Shown in pieces: positions 19,001 through 32,326 of a stretch of 64,000 bases of DNA. The notes beneath the pieces were generated by a model. It had not been told where the DNA came from, ran no database searches, and saw only the letters and a program-made list of their open reading frames with translations. The stretch is taken from assembly GCA_965204745.1 (NCBI GenBank), contig OZ242010.1, positions 2,496,001-2,560,000 of the forward strand, in the 5' to 3' direction. The translations under genes and the position numbers were made by a program. This DNA is from Candidatus Latescibacterota bacterium. Lineage in GTDB: Bacteria; Latescibacterota; UBA2968. Within the stretch, counting starts at the first letter, position 1. The number at the start of each line of letters is the position of its first letter.

Positions 19001-19837
19001 CTGATCGAAATGACCGATCACTTGGTGAATCAGGCCGAAGAGGAACTCGAGCGCGAACTCGAGAAAATCGCACGCGGAGACGAACTCCCGCCGGGCATCG
19101 TGCAATTGGTCAAGGTGTACGTGGCGCGCAAGCGAAAGCTGATGGTGGGGGATAAAATGGCCGGCAGGCACGGCAACAAGGGCGTGATTTCGATTATCGT
19201 TCCGGAAGAAGACATGCCCTATTTGCCGGACGGCACGCCCATCGATCTGATTTTGAACCCGCTCGGCGTGCCTTCGCGCATGAACCTCGGGCAAATTCTC
19301 GAAACGCATCTGGGCTGGGCGGCCCACGAGTTGGATCTCCATTTTGCGACCCCGGTGTTTGACGGCGCGAGCATGGAAGATATCCAAGAGAGGTTGCGAG
19401 AAGCCGGGTTGCCCGAAAATGGCAAAACGCGCCTCTACGATGGCAAAACCGGGCAGCCTTTTGACAAAGAAGTGATGGTGGGCATCATTTACATCTTGAA
19501 ACTGTCGCACCTGGTCAGCGACAAAATTCACGCGCGGTCCATCGGCCCCTACTCGCTGGTCACGCAACAGCCCTTGGGCGGCAAGGCGCAATTTGGCGGA
19601 CAACGCTTTGGGGAAATGGAAGTTTGGGCGCTCGAAGCTTATGGCGCGGCACACATGTTGCAAGAGATGTTCACGGTCAAATCCGACGATGTGGCGGGCA
19701 GGTCGAAAATTTACGAGACCATCGTGAAGGGGGAAAACCCACCCGAACCCGGCGTGCCAGAGTCGTTTAATGTGTTGGTCAAAGAGTTGCAAAGCCTGTG
19801 TTTGGACGTGGTGCTCGAAAACGCGCAGATCGACTGA
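16061..19837 (+). CDS. rpoB: RNA polymerase beta subunit
   Basis: [29 protein letters not shown]; TTG start. Confidence 0.99.
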   Translation: MADRGFINRKSYGTLTSAIEMPNLLDIQLDSYDWFLQKNTPPGAREKQGLQAVFHSIFPISDAHNLYSLEFVDYSVGTPKYDVQECLERGTTYAVPLRSTLRLISREKQGNGEVRVKDIVEQAVFLGELPLMTAEGTFVINGSERVIVSQLHRSPGVFFDDTIHPNGKRLFSARIIPDNGAWIEFSLDINDIMYVHIDRKRKLPVTTLLRALGFDKSEEILGIFHGDVAVKVSEELIGRIATEDVIDKKTGEVIVEAYTTLEEEHLVALRERQIRNIAAMDIDPENDGGIIANTLAKDPCDSEEEALSRIYSLLRPGDPPNIETARGLLERHFFSPRRYQLGAVGRYRINQRLDMIDHIPLDFTMLCIDDFIKVIEYLIELAMGEGFTDDIDHLGNRRVRSVGELLSKQFSIGLARMARTIRERMSLRDSEQLTPHDLVNARTVSTVIQAFFGSSQLSQFLQQINPLDELTHKRRLSALGPGGLTRDRAGFEVRDVHHTHYGRICPIETPEGPNIGLIVSVATYAKVNPFGFLETPYRVVENGKVTEEIAYLPADEEDRHTIAQANLMLEEDGAFENNVVQARRRGDFPVVDPEALDYMDVSPFQLVSAAAGLIPFLEHDEANRALMGSNMQRQGVPLLITDAPRVGTGLERKVATDSKAVVVAKNAGAVTYVSASKIVVKRKKSRSIEMLSLSDEDVYELTKFKRSNQDFCINQHPVVQVGDKVEEGHLLADGCATDKGDLALGANVLVAFMSWHGYNFEDAIIVSERLIKKDIFTSVSIEEFELQVRDTKRGTEEITREIPNVSEQAVRNLDEHGIIRIGAEVNQGDILVGKVTPKGETELSPEERLLRAIFGEKAGDVRDASLKAPPGMDGVVMDRKVFSRKERDEKTKKEDRERTRAARKHAAEKIASLKERRDQRVLELLKNRAVNTLRSIEDDSVIVQGGGALTAKTLEKFDLRDLRPDDKWCDSPATSQKVDRLIEMTDHLVNQAEEELERELEKIARGDELPPGIVQLVKVYVARKRKLMVGDKMAGRHGNKGVISIIVPEEDMPYLPDGTPIDLILNPLGVPSRMNLGQILETHLGWAAHELDLHFATPVFDGASMEDIQERLREAGLPENGKTRLYDGKTGQPFDKEVMVGIIYILKLSHLVSDKIHARSIGPYSLVTQQPLGGKAQFGGQRFGEMEVWALEAYGAAHMLQEMFTVKSDDVAGRSKIYETIVKGENPPEPGVPESFNVLVKELQSLCLDVVLENAQID

Positions 19838-19867
19838 CGACCTTAAGATTTGAAAAGGGGGTTCTCC

Positions 19868-22800
19868 GTGGCCAATACCCATTTTGTCAATCGAACCTTT
19901 GATTTTAATTCCATCCGCATTCAACTGGCTTCGCCAGATACCATTCGCGGGTGGTCGCAGGGCGAAGTGACCAAGCCCGAAACCATCAATTACCGGTCTT
20001 TTAAGCCCGAGCGAGACGGGTTGTTTTGCGAGTGCATTTTCGGGCCTGTGAAGGATTGGGAATGCCATTGCGGCAAGTACAAGCGCATTCGGTACCGAGG
20101 CGTGGTTTGCGACCGGTGCGGGGTTGAAGTGACGCAGTCGAAGGTCAGACGCGAGCGGTTGGGGCACATCGAACTGGCGGTTCCGGTGACGCACATCTGG
20201 TTTTTTAAGTCGCTGCCGTCCCGCATGGGCTATTTGCTCAATCTGTCGGTTCGCAACCTCGAGCGGATCATCTACTACGAATCGTATGTGGTGCTCGATC
20301 CTGGGGACGCGCCCATCGAGTTCAAGGACTTGCTCACGGAAGACGAGGTGCTTGAACTCGAAGAACAGGGGCATTCGTTTGAGGTGGAGATGGGGGCCGG
20401 CGCGATCAAAAAGTTGCTGGAGGATATCGATGTCGAGGACCTGTCTGCGGAGTTGCGGACGCAAGCGCGGTTCGAGACATCGGTGCAGCGCAAGCAAGAG
20501 GCACTCAAACGCCTCAAGGTCGTGGAGGCGTTTCGCCAATCGGACAACCAGCCCGAGTGGATGATCCTCGACGTCATCCCGGTCATCCCGCCGGACTTGC
20601 GCCCGCTCGTGCCCTTAGAGGGCGGCAGGTTTGCCACGTCTGATCTCAACGACCTGTATCGCCGGGTGATCAACAGAAATAACCGCCTGAAAAAGCTGAT
20701 CGACATCAAGGCGCCCGAAGTCATTTTACGCAATGAAAAGCGCATGCTTCAAGAGGCCGTGGACGCCCTGTTTGACAATGGGCGGCGGTCGCGTGCGGTT
20801 CGCGGCGATGGCAACCGGTCCCTCAAATCGCTTTCGGATCTGCTCAAGGGCAAGCAGGGGCGGTTCCGCCAGAATCTCTTGGGCAAGCGGGTGGATTATT
20901 CCGGGCGGTCCGTGATCGTGGTCGATCCCCATTTGAGATTGTACCAATGCGGCTTGCCCAAGCACATGGCCTTGGAATTGTTCAAGCCCTTCATCATCCG
21001 GCGGCTGGAGGAAAAGGGGCTCGTGCAAACGGTGAAGAGTGCGAAAAAGCTGGTGGAACGCGAGCGCGTCGAGGTGTGGGATATTCTGGAAGAGATCATT
21101 CAGGATCACTGCGTTTTGCTCAATCGCGCGCCCACCTTGCACCGCTTGGGCATTCAGGCGTTTTTGCCGGTGCTCGTGGAGGGCAAGGCCATTCGCATTC
21201 ATCCGCTGGTCTGCGCGGCGTTCAATGCGGATTTTGACGGCGACCAGATGGCCGTGCATTTGCCCCTGTCGTTCGAGGCGCAAATTGAGGCGCGGGTGTT
21301 GATGCTGTCGTCGAATAATTTGCTCAAGCCCGCGGACGGGTCGCCCGTGGTGGTCGATAGCCCCAAGGAAATTGCGATGGGGCTGTACTATTTGACGAAA
21401 ATGATCCACGGCGATCAAAAGAATCTCAAGACCTTCAGCAGCGCGGAAGAAGCGCGCATGGCGCATGAATACAAGCGCGTTAGGTTGCACGAAGCCATGC
21501 GCGTTCGCATCGGCGACGAACTTTTGACCACCACTGTCGGGCGCGTGATTTTCAATGGGATTACGCCCGATTCCATGCCCTTTATCAATGAATTGATCGA
21601 CGATAAGGGGATTCGCAAGATCGCGGCTGAAGTCCATAGCCAATATGGCAACCGCACTACGACTAATTTTCTCGACGACGTGAAGCAGTTGGGCTACGAT
21701 TATGCCACCTGGTCGGGCATTTCAATTGCGGTGAGCGACGTGGCCGTGCCCGGGGAAAAGGACGAACTGATCACCAGCGCGATGGACGAGGTCGAAAAAA
21801 TCCTCCAGCAACACGCGATTGGCGCGATTACCGAGGGCGAGCGCTACAACAAAGTGATCGACGTGTGGCAGCATACGACCAATCGCATTGCCCAGGCGAT
21901 GATCGGTACCTTTGAGCAGGCCGAAGATGGCTTTAACTCGATCTGGATCATGAAGGATTCCGGAGCGCGGGGGAACGACGATCAGATCAAACAACTCGGG
22001 GGCATGCGCGGTCTGATGAACAAACCCCAAAAGAAATTGACCGGGGCCATTGGCGAGATCATCGAAACGCCGATCATTTCCTCGCTCAAAGAGGGGTTGT
22101 CCGTGCTCGAGTACTTCATTTCTACGCACGGCAGCCGCAAGGGGTTGGCCGATACGGCATTGAAGACCGCCGAGGCGGGTTATTTGACGCGCCGCATGGT
22201 GGATGTGTCGCAAGATGTGATCATTTCCGAGAAGGATTGCGGGACGATCTTGGGCATCGATATGGAGGCCCTGAAAGAAGGCGAAGAAGTGGTCGAGCCG
22301 CTGTCTGACCGCATCGTGGGCCGCACGGTGCTCGAGGATGTCGATGATCCCATTACGGGAGAACAGATCGTCGAAGCCGGCGTTTTGTTGGATGAAAAAT
22401 TGGCCGACAAAATTGCCGATGCGGGGATTGAAAACGTGCCCGTGCGTTCCGTGTTGACGTGCGAATCCCGCAAGGGGGTGTGCATCGCTTGTTATGGGCG
22501 CAATCCCGCGACCGGGCAACCCGTGGATATCGGCGAGGCCGTGGGGGTTATTGCCGCGCAGAGCGTTGGCGAACCCGGCACGCAACTCACCTTGCGTACG
22601 TTCCACATCGGGGGCACGTCCAGCCGCATTGCGGAGCAAGCCGTGATCGGCGCGAAGCGCGCGGGCAAGGTCTTCTTCAAGCATCTCGAATTTGTCCCGC
22701 GCACAGAGGATTCGTGGGTCGTGGTGGGGCGCAATGGCGAACTCGAAGTGCAGGACGATCAGGGCCGGGTGCGGGGCGGGCACTACCACGTGCCACACGG

Positions 22801-23956
22801 CGCGGTGTTGCGCGTGCAAGCAGGGCAAGATGTGGAAGAGGATCAGGCACTCTACGAATGGGACCCGTACAACAACGTGATCATCTCGCCCAACGCGGGC
22901 ACAGTTCGGTTTGTCGATCTCGTGGAAGGCGTGACGTACCGCGAAGAGATCGACGAGAACACCAGCATTGCCGGGCTAGTCGTGATCGAGCACCGCGACC
23001 GCACCTTGTCGCCGCACATCCTGGTCGTGGACGACGATGGCAAAGAGTTGGGCAATTACATCATTCCGTTGGGCGCACGCTTGGTGGTGCGCGATGGAGA
23101 TCGCGTGGCCGCGGGCGACACGCTAGCGAAAATTTCGCGGGAGCGCAGCAAAACGCGGGATATTACGGGTGGTTTGCCGCGCGTGGCCGAGCTCTTTGAA
23201 GCACGGCGTCCCAAAGAGGCTTCTGTGGTGACGGAGATCGACGGCGTGGTGAGCTTCGGCGGGTTGGTGCGGGGATCGCGCACGGTTTTAGTCACGGCGG
23301 ATGAGGGCGATGAGAGGAAGTACACGATTCCCTACGGACGACATTTGCGCGTGCAAGCAGGGGATCGCGTGGTCGCAGGGGATCGCCTGTCCGAGGGGTC
23401 GATCAACCCACACGATATTCTGGCGATCTTGGGGGATCGGAGGGTGCAGGAATACCTCGTGGATGAAATTCAGCAGGTGTATCGCCTCCAGGGCGTGAAA
23501 ATCAACGACAAGCACATTGAAACCATCGTCCGCCAGATGTTGCAAAAAGTGCAGGTGACGGACCCTGGGGATACCAATTTCCTCGAAGACGAGCTCGCGG
23601 ATCGGTTCCGCTTCTTGGATGAAAACGACAAGGTGATTGCCGAAGGCGGGGATCCCGCAACGCACAATCCGGTCTTGTTGGGGATTACGCGCGCCGCGCT
23701 TTTGACCGAGAGTTTTATTTCTGCGGCGTCTTTCCAAGAAACCACGCGCGTGCTGACCGAAGCCTCGGTACAGGGCAAGGTCGATACGCTGTTGGGGTTG
23801 AAGGAAAACGTGATCATCGGGCATCTCATTCCCGCGGGTACGGGCGCTGTGAAATACCGCGGAGTGGATCCAGAGATCGTGGAAGACTCGCAGGTTTTTG
23901 AAACGCTCGCAGAGAAGCGCACGGAGAGCATTGGTTTGCCGCCAATTAATGCTTGA
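19868..23956 (+). CDS. rpoC: RNA polymerase beta' subunit
   Basis: NADFDGD, Zn-finger, KPETINYR; GTG start. Confidence 0.99.
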   Translation: MANTHFVNRTFDFNSIRIQLASPDTIRGWSQGEVTKPETINYRSFKPERDGLFCECIFGPVKDWECHCGKYKRIRYRGVVCDRCGVEVTQSKVRRERLGHIELAVPVTHIWFFKSLPSRMGYLLNLSVRNLERIIYYESYVVLDPGDAPIEFKDLLTEDEVLELEEQGHSFEVEMGAGAIKKLLEDIDVEDLSAELRTQARFETSVQRKQEALKRLKVVEAFRQSDNQPEWMILDVIPVIPPDLRPLVPLEGGRFATSDLNDLYRRVINRNNRLKKLIDIKAPEVILRNEKRMLQEAVDALFDNGRRSRAVRGDGNRSLKSLSDLLKGKQGRFRQNLLGKRVDYSGRSVIVVDPHLRLYQCGLPKHMALELFKPFIIRRLEEKGLVQTVKSAKKLVERERVEVWDILEEIIQDHCVLLNRAPTLHRLGIQAFLPVLVEGKAIRIHPLVCAAFNADFDGDQMAVHLPLSFEAQIEARVLMLSSNNLLKPADGSPVVVDSPKEIAMGLYYLTKMIHGDQKNLKTFSSAEEARMAHEYKRVRLHEAMRVRIGDELLTTTVGRVIFNGITPDSMPFINELIDDKGIRKIAAEVHSQYGNRTTTNFLDDVKQLGYDYATWSGISIAVSDVAVPGEKDELITSAMDEVEKILQQHAIGAITEGERYNKVIDVWQHTTNRIAQAMIGTFEQAEDGFNSIWIMKDSGARGNDDQIKQLGGMRGLMNKPQKKLTGAIGEIIETPIISSLKEGLSVLEYFISTHGSRKGLADTALKTAEAGYLTRRMVDVSQDVIISEKDCGTILGIDMEALKEGEEVVEPLSDRIVGRTVLEDVDDPITGEQIVEAGVLLDEKLADKIADAGIENVPVRSVLTCESRKGVCIACYGRNPATGQPVDIGEAVGVIAAQSVGEPGTQLTLRTFHIGGTSSRIAEQAVIGAKRAGKVFFKHLEFVPRTEDSWVVVGRNGELEVQDDQGRVRGGHYHVPHGAVLRVQAGQDVEEDQALYEWDPYNNVIISPNAGTVRFVDLVEGVTYREEIDENTSIAGLVVIEHRDRTLSPHILVVDDDGKELGNYIIPLGARLVVRDGDRVAAGDTLAKISRERSKTRDITGGLPRVAELFEARRPKEASVVTEIDGVVSFGGLVRGSRTVLVTADEGDERKYTIPYGRHLRVQAGDRVVAGDRLSEGSINPHDILAILGDRRVQEYLVDEIQQVYRLQGVKINDKHIETIVRQMLQKVQVTDPGDTNFLEDELADRFRFLDENDKVIAEGGDPATHNPVLLGITRAALLTESFISAASFQETTRVLTEASVQGKVDTLLGLKENVIIGHLIPAGTGAVKYRGVDPEIVEDSQVFETLAEKRTESIGLPPINA

Positions 23957-23981
23957 CAATTACCAACGCGCTTGATATATT
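23953..23981 (+). promoter_or_regulatory. str operon promoter overlapping rpoC stop codon
   Basis: TTGACA-17 bp-TATATT. Confidence 0.7.
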
Positions 23982-24018
23982 GCCAGTCTCCCATACGCAA
24001 ACGTTCATGGAGGTTGCG

Positions 24019-24390
24019 TTGCCCACAATTAATCAATTGGTTCGGAAGGGCCGAAAAGCCAAGCGCAAACGTTCTTCTGCACCCGCCCTGAGAGGGTGTC
24101 CTCAAAAGCGCGGTGTTTGCACTCGCGTTTATACCACCACGCCCAAAAAACCCAATTCAGCCCTGCGTAAAGTCGCGCGCGTCAGGTTGACCAATGGCCT
24201 TGAAGTCACGGCCTATATTCCGGGCGAAGGGCACAATCTCATGGAGCACTCTGTGGTACTCATCCGAGGGGGGCGCGTCAAAGATTTGCCCTCGGTGCGT
24301 TATCACATTCTTCGGGGCGTGCTCGACACCACGGGCGTGAATGACCGCAAACAGGGCCGTTCCAAATACGGCACCAAAAGGGCGGGTTAA
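24019..24390 (+). CDS. rpsL: 30S ribosomal protein S12
   Basis: [19 protein letters not shown]; TTG start. Confidence 0.98.
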   Translation: MPTINQLVRKGRKAKRKRSSAPALRGCPQKRGVCTRVYTTTPKKPNSALRKVARVRLTNGLEVTAYIPGEGHNLMEHSVVLIRGGRVKDLPSVRYHILRGVLDTTGVNDRKQGRSKYGTKRAG

Positions 24391-24472
24391 TCGCGTATCT
24401 ATTATTGAAAAACATGGGGGATACCACTGCGGTGGCATATCCCCCTTAGTGTAAAAAAAGGTCGTTCCCAAG

Positions 24473-24940
24473 ATGCGAAAACGACGAGCGGAAAAACGGC
24501 ATTTGGCCCCAGACCCCAAGTACAGAAATTTGTTGGTGACGCGCTTTGTCAACTGCTTGTTTCGCAAGGGCAAAAAGAGCGTGGGCGAGCGGATTTTCTA
24601 CGATGCCCTCGATCTGATCGAGGCGCGCGGCAACAATTCCGGTTTAGAGGTTTTTGAAAAAGCACTCGACAATGTCAAGCCGGTCATCAAGGTGCGGTCG
24701 CGCCGGGTCGGTGGCGCGACGTATCAAGTGCCCGAAGAAGTCCGACCCGACGAGCGGCTCGCGCTGTCCATTCGCTGGTTGATTCTGTTTGCCAAAGAAC
24801 GCGGCGAAAAGACGATGGCGCAGCGGTTGGCCGGCGAATTTATGGACGCGGCAAACGGGCAAGGACGCGCGATGCAGCGGCGCGAGGAAACGCACCGCAT
24901 GGCAGAGGCCAATCGCGCATTTGCACATTATCGCTGGTAA
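24473..24940 (+). CDS. rpsG: 30S ribosomal protein S7
   Basis: [24 protein letters not shown]. Confidence 0.98.
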   Translation: MRKRRAEKRHLAPDPKYRNLLVTRFVNCLFRKGKKSVGERIFYDALDLIEARGNNSGLEVFEKALDNVKPVIKVRSRRVGGATYQVPEEVRPDERLALSIRWLILFAKERGEKTMAQRLAGEFMDAANGQGRAMQRREETHRMAEANRAFAHYRW

Positions 24941-24950
24941 AGAGAACGAG

Positions 24951-27044
24951 ATGGCGAAACGATACGACTTGAAACGCACCCGAAACATCGGGATTATGGC
25001 GCATATCGACGCGGGCAAAACGACCACGACCGAGCGCATGCTCTACTACACGGGCATTTTGCACAGAATGGGCGAGGTTCACGATGGCGCGGCCACGATG
25101 GATTGGATGGCGCAAGAGCGCGAGCGCGGCATTACCATTACGTCTGCGGCGACGACGTGTTTTTGGGATGACCACCGCATCAATATCATCGACACGCCAG
25201 GGCACGTGGATTTTACCGCCGAGGTCGAGCGGTCATTGCGGGTTTTGGATGGCGCCGTGGGCTTGTTTTGCGCGGTCGGGGGCGTCGAGCCCCAGTCCGA
25301 AACGGTTTGGCGTCAGGCCGATAAATACGCCGTGCCGCGGATCGCATTTGTCAACAAGATGGATCGCACGGGTGCCGATTTTGATCGCGTGGTCAACATG
25401 ATGCGCGAGAGGTTGGCGTCCAACTTCGTTCCGGTTCAGTTGCCGGTCGGGTCTGGCGAGATGTTCACGGGGCTGATCGATTTGATCAAGATGAAATTCG
25501 TGACCTACGAAGACGATTCTCTGGGCACCATGTTCGCGGAAGGCAGTATTCCCAAGGATCTGGAAGAACGCGCTTACGAAGGCCGCGAGCAGTTGTTGGA
25601 GGCGGTTTCCGATTTTGACGATACGTTGATGGAAAAATTTCTCGAAGGCGAAGCGATCAGCGAACGCGAGATCAAAGCGGCATTGCGCCAAGCCGTGATC
25701 AACAGTGTTGCGGTGCCTGTGCTTTGCGGGTCCGCGTTCAAAAACAAGGGCGTGCAACGGTTGTTAGACGCCATTGTCTCATTTTTGCCCTCGCCGCTCG
25801 ACGTGCCCGAAATCGTGGGCTACGATCCCAAAAATGTCGATGTTCGCATCGGCCGCCCGGTTTCCGATGAGGTGCCTTTTTCAGCATTGGCGTTTAAGGT
25901 GATGACGGATCCTTATGTCGGGCGCTTGACGTATTTCCGCGTGTATTCCGGGCGATTAACCACGGGTTCTTACGTGCTCAATGCCAACAAGGGCAAGCGC
26001 GAACGCATTGGCCGCGTGTTGCAGATGCACGCGAATAAGCGGGAACAGATCGATGCGGTGGTCGCAGGCGATATCGCCGCGGTTGTCGGGCTGAAAGACA
26101 CGGCGACGGGCGAGACCCTGTGCGATGAAAAAGATCCGGTGATATTGGAGTCGATGGAATTTGCCAAGCCGGTGATTTCCGTGGCGATTGAACCCAAGAC
26201 CAAGGTCGATCAGGATCAACTCGGCGTGGCACTAGGCAAGTTGGCCGAGGAAGACCCGACGTTTCACATGGCCGTCGATCCAGATACCGGGCAGACCATT
26301 ATCTCGGGAATGGGCGAATTGCACTTGGAGATCATCGTGGATCGCCTCAAACGCGAATTTCGGGTCGAGGCCAATGTGGGCAGGCCGCAGGTGACGTACA
26401 AAGAGGCCATCCGCAACGCGGTGCAAAGCGTCCACGGGCGTTTTGTGCGGCAAAGCGGAGGGCGCGGTCAATACGGGCATGTGGTCATCAACGTGGAACC
26501 CGGCGCGCCTGGATCGGGACTGGTTTTCGAGAACAAAATTACCGGCGGCGCGATTCCCACCGAATATATTCCCGCGGTGCGGGCGGGCATTCAGGAGGCC
26601 ATGAGCGGTGGGATTTTGGCCGGGTATCCCATAGACGACGTCAAAGTCGCGTTGTTCGACGGGTCTTATCACGAGGTCGATTCTTCTGAAATCGCTTTCA
26701 AAATTGCGGGGTCTATGGCTTTTCAAGAGGCTGTCAGACGGGCGAAAGCGTACTTGATGGAACCGATTTTTGACGTGGAGGTCGTCGTGCCCGAAGACTA
26801 TATGGGCGATGTCATCGGCGATCTGAATGCGCGTCGCGGCAATATCGTGGGCATGGTCAACCGCCCGGACGCACAGGTCATTACGGCGACTGTGCCGCTG
26901 AGTGAAATGTTTGGTTATGCCACCAAGTTGCGGTCGCTCACGCAGGGCCGCGCGATTTATTCGATGGAATTTTCCAAATTTGAGGAAATGCCAAAGCACA
27001 TCGCCGAAGAAATTTTGTCTTCGGTCAATGTATTTGCAGCTTAA
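24951..27044 (+). CDS. fusA: Elongation factor G
   Basis: [25 protein letters not shown]. Confidence 0.99.
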   Translation: MAKRYDLKRTRNIGIMAHIDAGKTTTTERMLYYTGILHRMGEVHDGAATMDWMAQERERGITITSAATTCFWDDHRINIIDTPGHVDFTAEVERSLRVLDGAVGLFCAVGGVEPQSETVWRQADKYAVPRIAFVNKMDRTGADFDRVVNMMRERLASNFVPVQLPVGSGEMFTGLIDLIKMKFVTYEDDSLGTMFAEGSIPKDLEERAYEGREQLLEAVSDFDDTLMEKFLEGEAISEREIKAALRQAVINSVAVPVLCGSAFKNKGVQRLLDAIVSFLPSPLDVPEIVGYDPKNVDVRIGRPVSDEVPFSALAFKVMTDPYVGRLTYFRVYSGRLTTGSYVLNANKGKRERIGRVLQMHANKREQIDAVVAGDIAAVVGLKDTATGETLCDEKDPVILESMEFAKPVISVAIEPKTKVDQDQLGVALGKLAEEDPTFHMAVDPDTGQTIISGMGELHLEIIVDRLKREFRVEANVGRPQVTYKEAIRNAVQSVHGRFVRQSGGRGQYGHVVINVEPGAPGSGLVFENKITGGAIPTEYIPAVRAGIQEAMSGGILAGYPIDDVKVALFDGSYHEVDSSEIAFKIAGSMAFQEAVRRAKAYLMEPIFDVEVVVPEDYMGDVIGDLNARRGNIVGMVNRPDAQVITATVPLSEMFGYATKLRSLTQGRAIYSMEFSKFEEMPKHIAEEILSSVNVFAA

Positions 27045-27086
27045 AGCGAACGCTTCATTCCGTTCGGTCTTTCTTAGGAGGAGAAC

Positions 27087-28280
27087 ATGGCGAAGGAGAA
27101 GTTTGAACGGGACAAACCCCACATCAATATCGGCACCATCGGGCATGTGGATCACGGCAAAACCACGCTGACTGCGGCCATTACCAAAACGCTGGCAGCC
27201 AAGGGCCTCGCCGATTACATGCCCTTTGACGACATTGACAAAGCGCCCGAGGAAAAAGAGCGCGGGATCACCATCAACACGGCGCATGTGGAGTACCAGA
27301 CGGACAATCGCCACTACGCCCATGTGGATTGTCCCGGGCACGCGGACTATGTGAAAAACATGATCACGGGGGCAGCGCAGATGGATGGCGCGATTCTCGT
27401 CGTGAGTGCCGCAGACGGCCCCATGATCCAGACCCGCGAGCACATCCTGCTTTCGCGTCAGGTCAATGTGCCTTCTATCGTGGTGTTTATGAACAAGGTC
27501 GATATGGTCGATGACGAGGAATTGCTCGAACTGGTCGATCTGGAAGTCCGCGAGTTGTTGGATCAATACGATTTCCCCGGCGATGATGTGCCCGTGATTC
27601 AGGGGTCAGCCCTCAAGGCGTTGGAATCCGCCGATCCGGATTCTGCAGATTGCGCCTGTATTTGGGAGTTGCTAGAGGCGGTGGATGAGAATATCCCGGA
27701 GCCCGTCCGCGAGATCGATAAAGATTTTTTGATGCCGGTTGAGGATGTCTTCACGATCACCGGGCGCGGCACAGTGGGCACGGGGCGCATTGAACGCGGC
27801 CTGATCAAGGTCGGCGAGGAAGTCGAAATCGTGGGCATCCGCGAGAGCCGCAAGACCACGGTGACCGGCGTGGAAATGTTCCGCAAGTTGCTCGACGAGG
27901 GCCAGGCTGGCGACAATGTCGGGTTGTTGTTGCGCGGCGTGGATAAAAACGAAATCGAGCGCGGCATGGTGATTGCCAAGCCGGGGTCTGTGACGCCCCA
28001 CAAGAAATTTGTCGGCGAAGTTTATGTGTTGACAGAGAAAGAGGGCGGGCGCAGCAAACCCTTCTTTACCGGCTATCAACCGCAGTTCTATTTTCGCACC
28101 ACCGATGTGACTGGCAAAGTGCAGTTGCCCGAAGGCGTGGAAATGGTGATGCCCGGCGACAATGTGACCATGAATGTGGAGTTGCTGACGCCCATTGCAA
28201 TGGAAACCGAGTTGCGATTTGCCGTGCGGGAAGGCGGCCGCACCATTGGCTCGGGCGTGATTACTGAAATCGTTGAGTGA
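27087..28280 (+). CDS. tuf: Elongation factor Tu
   Basis: [20 protein letters not shown]. Confidence 0.99.
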   Translation: MAKEKFERDKPHINIGTIGHVDHGKTTLTAAITKTLAAKGLADYMPFDDIDKAPEEKERGITINTAHVEYQTDNRHYAHVDCPGHADYVKNMITGAAQMDGAILVVSAADGPMIQTREHILLSRQVNVPSIVVFMNKVDMVDDEELLELVDLEVRELLDQYDFPGDDVPVIQGSALKALESADPDSADCACIWELLEAVDENIPEPVREIDKDFLMPVEDVFTITGRGTVGTGRIERGLIKVGEEVEIVGIRESRKTTVTGVEMFRKLLDEGQAGDNVGLLLRGVDKNEIERGMVIAKPGSVTPHKKFVGEVYVLTEKEGGRSKPFFTGYQPQFYFRTTDVTGKVQLPEGVEMVMPGDNVTMNVELLTPIAMETELRFAVREGGRTIGSGVITEIVE

Positions 28281-28300
28281 GAACCGCGAAGGGATGTCTC

Positions 28301-28609
28301 GTGCCTGCACAGAAAATCAGAATTAGGCTGAAAGCATACGATCACCACGCATTGGATCGCTCTGCTGAGGAAATCGTTCGCACGGCAAAACGGACTGGGG
28401 CGCTGATTTCCGGCCCCATTCCATTGCCGACGAGGCGCTCGCTCTACACGGTGTTGCGCTCGCCGCATATCGATAAAAAGTCGCGAGAGCAGTTTGAGAT
28501 GCGCGTCCACAAACGCCTGATCGACATTCACAACTCAACGCCCCAAACGGTGGATGCCCTGATGAAGTTGGATCTGCCCGCGGGTATCGACATTGAAATT
28601 AAGGTGTAA
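28301..28609 (+). CDS. rpsJ: 30S ribosomal protein S10
   Basis: [17 protein letters not shown]. Confidence 0.98.
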   Translation: MPAQKIRIRLKAYDHHALDRSAEEIVRTAKRTGALISGPIPLPTRRSLYTVLRSPHIDKKSREQFEMRVHKRLIDIHNSTPQTVDALMKLDLPAGIDIEIKV

Positions 28610-28611
28610 TC

Positions 28612-29235
28612 GTGCTCGGATTGATCGGAAAAAAAATCGGTATGACGCAGGCATTTGACGAAGCGGAATTGCTGACGCCCGTCACGGTGCTCGAAGTGGT
28701 TCCGTGTCCCATCGCGCAGGTCAAAGACCGGGACTCGGATGGCTATACGGCATTGCGGGTCGCGTACCACAAGACGCGGGCGAATCGGCTCAACCGCGCA
28801 GAGCAAGGCGTTTTCAAAAAGGCCGGCATCGCCCCGCATCGGGGCCTTGCGGAATTTCGCGTGGATGATGTTTCCGAATACGCGACGGGCGAGGTGCTCG
28901 ACGTGGGCATGTTTGCCGTGGGCGAGATCGTGGATGTGACGGGCCGGTCCAAAGGACGCGGGTTCCAAGGCGGTGTCAAACGGCATGGATTCAGGGGTGG
29001 TCCCAAAACGCACGGGCAATCGGACCGGCATCGCGCGCCCGGGTCCATAGGCCAAAGTTCCACGCCTTCGCGCGTGTTTAAGGGCATGCGGATGGCCGGG
29101 CACATGGGGGATCGGCGGGTCACGGTGCGCGGGTTGCAGGTGGTGCGCGTGGATACCACGCAAAATTTGCTGGTCGTAAAAGGCGCTGTGCCGGGCAGCA
29201 AGGGGGCGCTCGTGGTTATTGAGAAGCGCGATTGA
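28612..29235 (+). CDS. rplC: 50S ribosomal protein L3
   Basis: GKKIGMTQ, KGRGFQGGVKRH. Confidence 0.98.
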   Translation: MLGLIGKKIGMTQAFDEAELLTPVTVLEVVPCPIAQVKDRDSDGYTALRVAYHKTRANRLNRAEQGVFKKAGIAPHRGLAEFRVDDVSEYATGEVLDVGMFAVGEIVDVTGRSKGRGFQGGVKRHGFRGGPKTHGQSDRHRAPGSIGQSSTPSRVFKGMRMAGHMGDRRVTVRGLQVVRVDTTQNLLVVKGAVPGSKGALVVIEKRD

Positions 29236-29251
29236 TTGAAGGAACGCGATT

Positions 29252-29884
29252 ATGGCATCTCTTGGGATTTGCAACCTCGAAGGCGAAGAAGTCGGATCGA
29301 TTGACTTGCCCGAAACCGTTTTTGGCATCGCGCCATCTGCGGACGCGATTTACTACGCGGTCAAAGCGTATTTGACCAATCAGCGGCAGGGCAATGCCTC
29401 GACGAAAACCCGTGCGGAAGTCAATCGGACGAAGCGCAAAATGTATCGCCAGAAGGGGACCGGGCGCGCCCGCAAGGGCACGGCAGGATCGCCCATTTTG
29501 ATCGGTGGCGGGGTGGCGCACGGGCCGAGGCCAAAAAATTTTCGGGAGCGCGTGCCCAAGAAAGTCAAAAGGCTGGCGATGCGCTCGGCATTTTCGCAAA
29601 AGGCTATCGACAATGCCATCTCGGTTTTGGAAGATTTTGAACTCGAAACCCCGAAGACAAAGCAAATGGCAGACATGGCGCGCAGGCTCGACATTCAAGG
29701 CCAAAAGGCATTGCTCTTGACGGACGGCATCTCTGAAAACACGGTCAAATCCTGTCGCAATATCCCCAAACTTTCCGTGTTGCCCGTCGCGCAAGTTTCG
29801 ACTTATGACCTGATCCACGCAGACGCGCTCGTTCTCACGCGCAGCGCGGTTTCTCGCATTCGATCCCTGTGGGGTGCCTCGTGA
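29252..29884 (+). CDS. rplD: 50S ribosomal protein L4
   Basis: RQKGTGRAR. Confidence 0.98.
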   Translation: MASLGICNLEGEEVGSIDLPETVFGIAPSADAIYYAVKAYLTNQRQGNASTKTRAEVNRTKRKMYRQKGTGRARKGTAGSPILIGGGVAHGPRPKNFRERVPKKVKRLAMRSAFSQKAIDNAISVLEDFELETPKTKQMADMARRLDIQGQKALLLTDGISENTVKSCRNIPKLSVLPVAQVSTYDLIHADALVLTRSAVSRIRSLWGAS

Positions 29885-30168
29885 AAAATTCGATGCAGAT
29901 TATTCGGCGTCCCGTGATTACAGAGCGGGCTTCCAATTTGCAGGAAACGCACAACAAGTACGTGTTTGAAGTTCATGCCCGCGCCAACAAGGTCGATATT
30001 CAGCGTGCGGTCGAGGCCCTGTTCGACGTCGATGTCGTCAAGATCAATACGAGCACCGTACACGGCAAGGTCAAGCGGCTCGGCCGGTTTCAGGGTAAGC
30101 GTTCCAACTGGAAGAAGGCCGTCGTCACCCTTGCCGATGGACACAGCATCGACTTCTTTGAAGGATGA
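29881..30168 (+). CDS. rplW: 50S ribosomal protein L23
   Basis: [14 protein letters not shown]. Confidence 0.97.
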   Translation: MKNSMQIIRRPVITERASNLQETHNKYVFEVHARANKVDIQRAVEALFDVDVVKINTSTVHGKVKRLGRFQGKRSNWKKAVVTLADGHSIDFFEG

Positions 30169-30172
30169 TCCC

Positions 30173-30997
30173 ATGCCCGTAAAAAAATTTCGCCCACTCA
30201 CGCCTTCGCTGCGATTTAAGACCGTCTCTTCGTTTGACGAGATCACAAAAACTTCGCCCGAAAAATCCCTGATTGAACCCAACAAAAAATCCGGGGGGCG
30301 CAACAATCGGGGGCGCATTACGATTCGGCGGCGCGGCGGCGGGCATCGGCGCAATTATCGGCGCATCGATTTCAAACGCGACAAAGTGGGCGTGCCCGCG
30401 ATTGTCCACAGCATCGAATACGATCCCAACCGGTCGGCGCGCATCGCGCTCTTGCATTATGTCGATGGCGAAAAACGCTATATTCTCGCGCCGATTGGGC
30501 TGGCTGTCGGCGATGAGGTCACATCTGGCACCGATGCAGAGATTCGACCGGGCAACGCGCTTCCCTTGTCGAATATTCCCTTGGGTAGCAATGTACACAA
30601 TGTCGAACTCAAACCCGGAAAGGGCGGGCAACTGGGCCGGTCCGCGGGCGCGGAAATTCAAGTGATGGCGAAAGAGGGCAATTTTGCGACCCTTCGGTTG
30701 CCTTCTGGCGAGCGTCGATTGGTTTTGGTATCGTGTTATGCGACCATTGGGCAGGTTGGAAATTTGGAGCACGAAAATGTCGTCGTTGGGAAGGCCGGGC
30801 GGAGTCGCTGGTTGGGCAAGCGCCCGAAAGTGCGCGGCGTTGCGATGAACCCCGTCGATCACCCCCACGGCGGCGGCGAAGGCAGGGCCTCGGGCGGCGG
30901 GCATCCGGTAACGCCGTGGGGACAACCCACCAAGGGGTACAAAACGCGGAAAAAGAAAAACAAGTCCGACCAAATGATCATTCAGAGACGCAAGTAA
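30173..30997 (+). CDS. rplB: 50S ribosomal protein L2
   Basis: [25 protein letters not shown]. Confidence 0.99.
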   Translation: MPVKKFRPLTPSLRFKTVSSFDEITKTSPEKSLIEPNKKSGGRNNRGRITIRRRGGGHRRNYRRIDFKRDKVGVPAIVHSIEYDPNRSARIALLHYVDGEKRYILAPIGLAVGDEVTSGTDAEIRPGNALPLSNIPLGSNVHNVELKPGKGGQLGRSAGAEIQVMAKEGNFATLRLPSGERRLVLVSCYATIGQVGNLEHENVVVGKAGRSRWLGKRPKVRGVAMNPVDHPHGGGEGRASGGGHPVTPWGQPTKGYKTRKKKNKSDQMIIQRRK

Positions 30998-31011
30998 CAG
31001 GAGTATTATCT

Positions 31012-31299
31012 ATGGCACGGTCAATCAAAAAAGGGCCTTTTATCGAGCCGAGTCTCTTAAAGAAGATCGATCTGATGAATAAGACCGGCAACAAGCGCGT
31101 GATTCAGACCTGGGCGCGGCGTTCGACAATCGCGCCGGAGTTTGTGGGTCACACGCTGGCTGTACACAATGGCAACAAATTCATCCCGGTTTATATCACC
31201 GAGAACATGGTCGGGCACAAACTCGGCGAATTTGCCCCCACGCGCACGCATCGCGGCAACAGGGGCAGATCGACCGAACGCGCCACTTCACTGAAGTAA
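31012..31299 (+). CDS. rpsS: 30S ribosomal protein S19
   Basis: [23 protein letters not shown]. Confidence 0.98.
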   Translation: MARSIKKGPFIEPSLLKKIDLMNKTGNKRVIQTWARRSTIAPEFVGHTLAVHNGNKFIPVYITENMVGHKLGEFAPTRTHRGNRGRSTERATSLK

Positions 31300-31317
31300 T
31301 TGAGATTGGAATTGCAA

Positions 31318-31659
31318 ATGGAAACTCGGGCCGTATTGCGCTATTCGAGAATTTCGCCGCGTAAGGCGAGGCAGGTGGTCGATCTCGTGCGGGGGAAAGA
31401 CGTGGAGGAGGCGTTCCACATCTTGCGATTTACCCCCAAAAAGGCCGCGCGCATCGTAGAACGCACCTTGCAATCCGCTGTTGCAAATGCGGTCAACCGC
31501 GAGGAAACAGATGTCGTAGAAGAGGAGCTCTTTGTGAAAGAGGCGTATGTCGATGGCGGCATCGCGTTGAAGCGGTTGCGTCCGCAGCCTCGCGGGGCAG
31601 CCGGATTGATTCGCAAGCGGTACAGCCACATCACGCTGGTCGTTTCAGACGAGGCATAG
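31318..31659 (+). CDS. rplV: 50S ribosomal protein L22
   Basis: ISPRKARQVVDLVRGK, SHIT. Confidence 0.98.
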   Translation: METRAVLRYSRISPRKARQVVDLVRGKDVEEAFHILRFTPKKAARIVERTLQSAVANAVNREETDVVEEELFVKEAYVDGGIALKRLRPQPRGAAGLIRKRYSHITLVVSDEA

Positions 31660-31668
31660 GAGACTACT

Positions 31669-32313
31669 GTGGGCCAAAAAACGCATCCTATCGGAGTGAG
31701 GTTGGGCATCGTCAAGGACTGGCACTCTCGCTGGTTTGCCAATCGCGATTTCGCCACCCTTCTAGAAGAAGACCTCATGCTTAGGCGGTACATCAACAGC
31801 CGGTTGCAACGGGCGAGCGTGGCGCAAATAGATATCGAGCGCGCGCCCAAGCGGGTGACCATTTCGATTCACACCGCGCGTCCGGGCATTGTCATTGGGC
31901 GAAAAGGCGCGGAGGTCGATAAATTGCGAGACGAGTTGAAGCACCTGACCGGGAAGGAAATTTACATCAATATCAACGAGATCAAGCGTCCTGAACTCAA
32001 CGCACAACTCGTCGCGGACAATATTTCCCGGCAATTGGAACAGCGCGTGTCGTTTCGCCGCGCGATGAAAAAGGCCGTTGCCTCTGCGGTTCGCATGGGC
32101 GCAGAGGGGATCAAAGTCGTGTGCGGGGGGCGCCTTGGCGGGGCGGAAATGTCTCGCGTTGAAAAATCGGAACCCGCGGGCCGAGTGCCGCTCCACACGC
32201 TTCGCGCCGATATCGACTATGCCAGATCGACCGCCTATACGACTTCGGGCACGGTGGGCGTGAAGGTTTGGATCTGCCACGGGGAAAAAATGGGGGCGGA
32301 CGCCCATCTGTAG
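31669..32313 (+). CDS. rpsC: 30S ribosomal protein S3
   Basis: [23 protein letters not shown]. Confidence 0.98.
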   Translation: MGQKTHPIGVRLGIVKDWHSRWFANRDFATLLEEDLMLRRYINSRLQRASVAQIDIERAPKRVTISIHTARPGIVIGRKGAEVDKLRDELKHLTGKEIYININEIKRPELNAQLVADNISRQLEQRVSFRRAMKKAVASAVRMGAEGIKVVCGGRLGGAEMSRVEKSEPAGRVPLHTLRADIDYARSTAYTTSGTVGVKVWICHGEKMGADAHL

Positions 32314-32326
32314 AGGAGCGACACTC

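Noticed and set aside
18032-20539. 835-aa antisense ORF and other long antisense ORFs over rpoB/rpoC/fusA/tuf
   Set aside because: Shadow frames of highly biased GC-rich genes; no recognisable domains
28040-28100. EF-Tu [14 protein letters not shown] deviation as elfamycin resistance
   Set aside because: Known kirromycin positions (G316, Q329, A375 equivalents) appear intact
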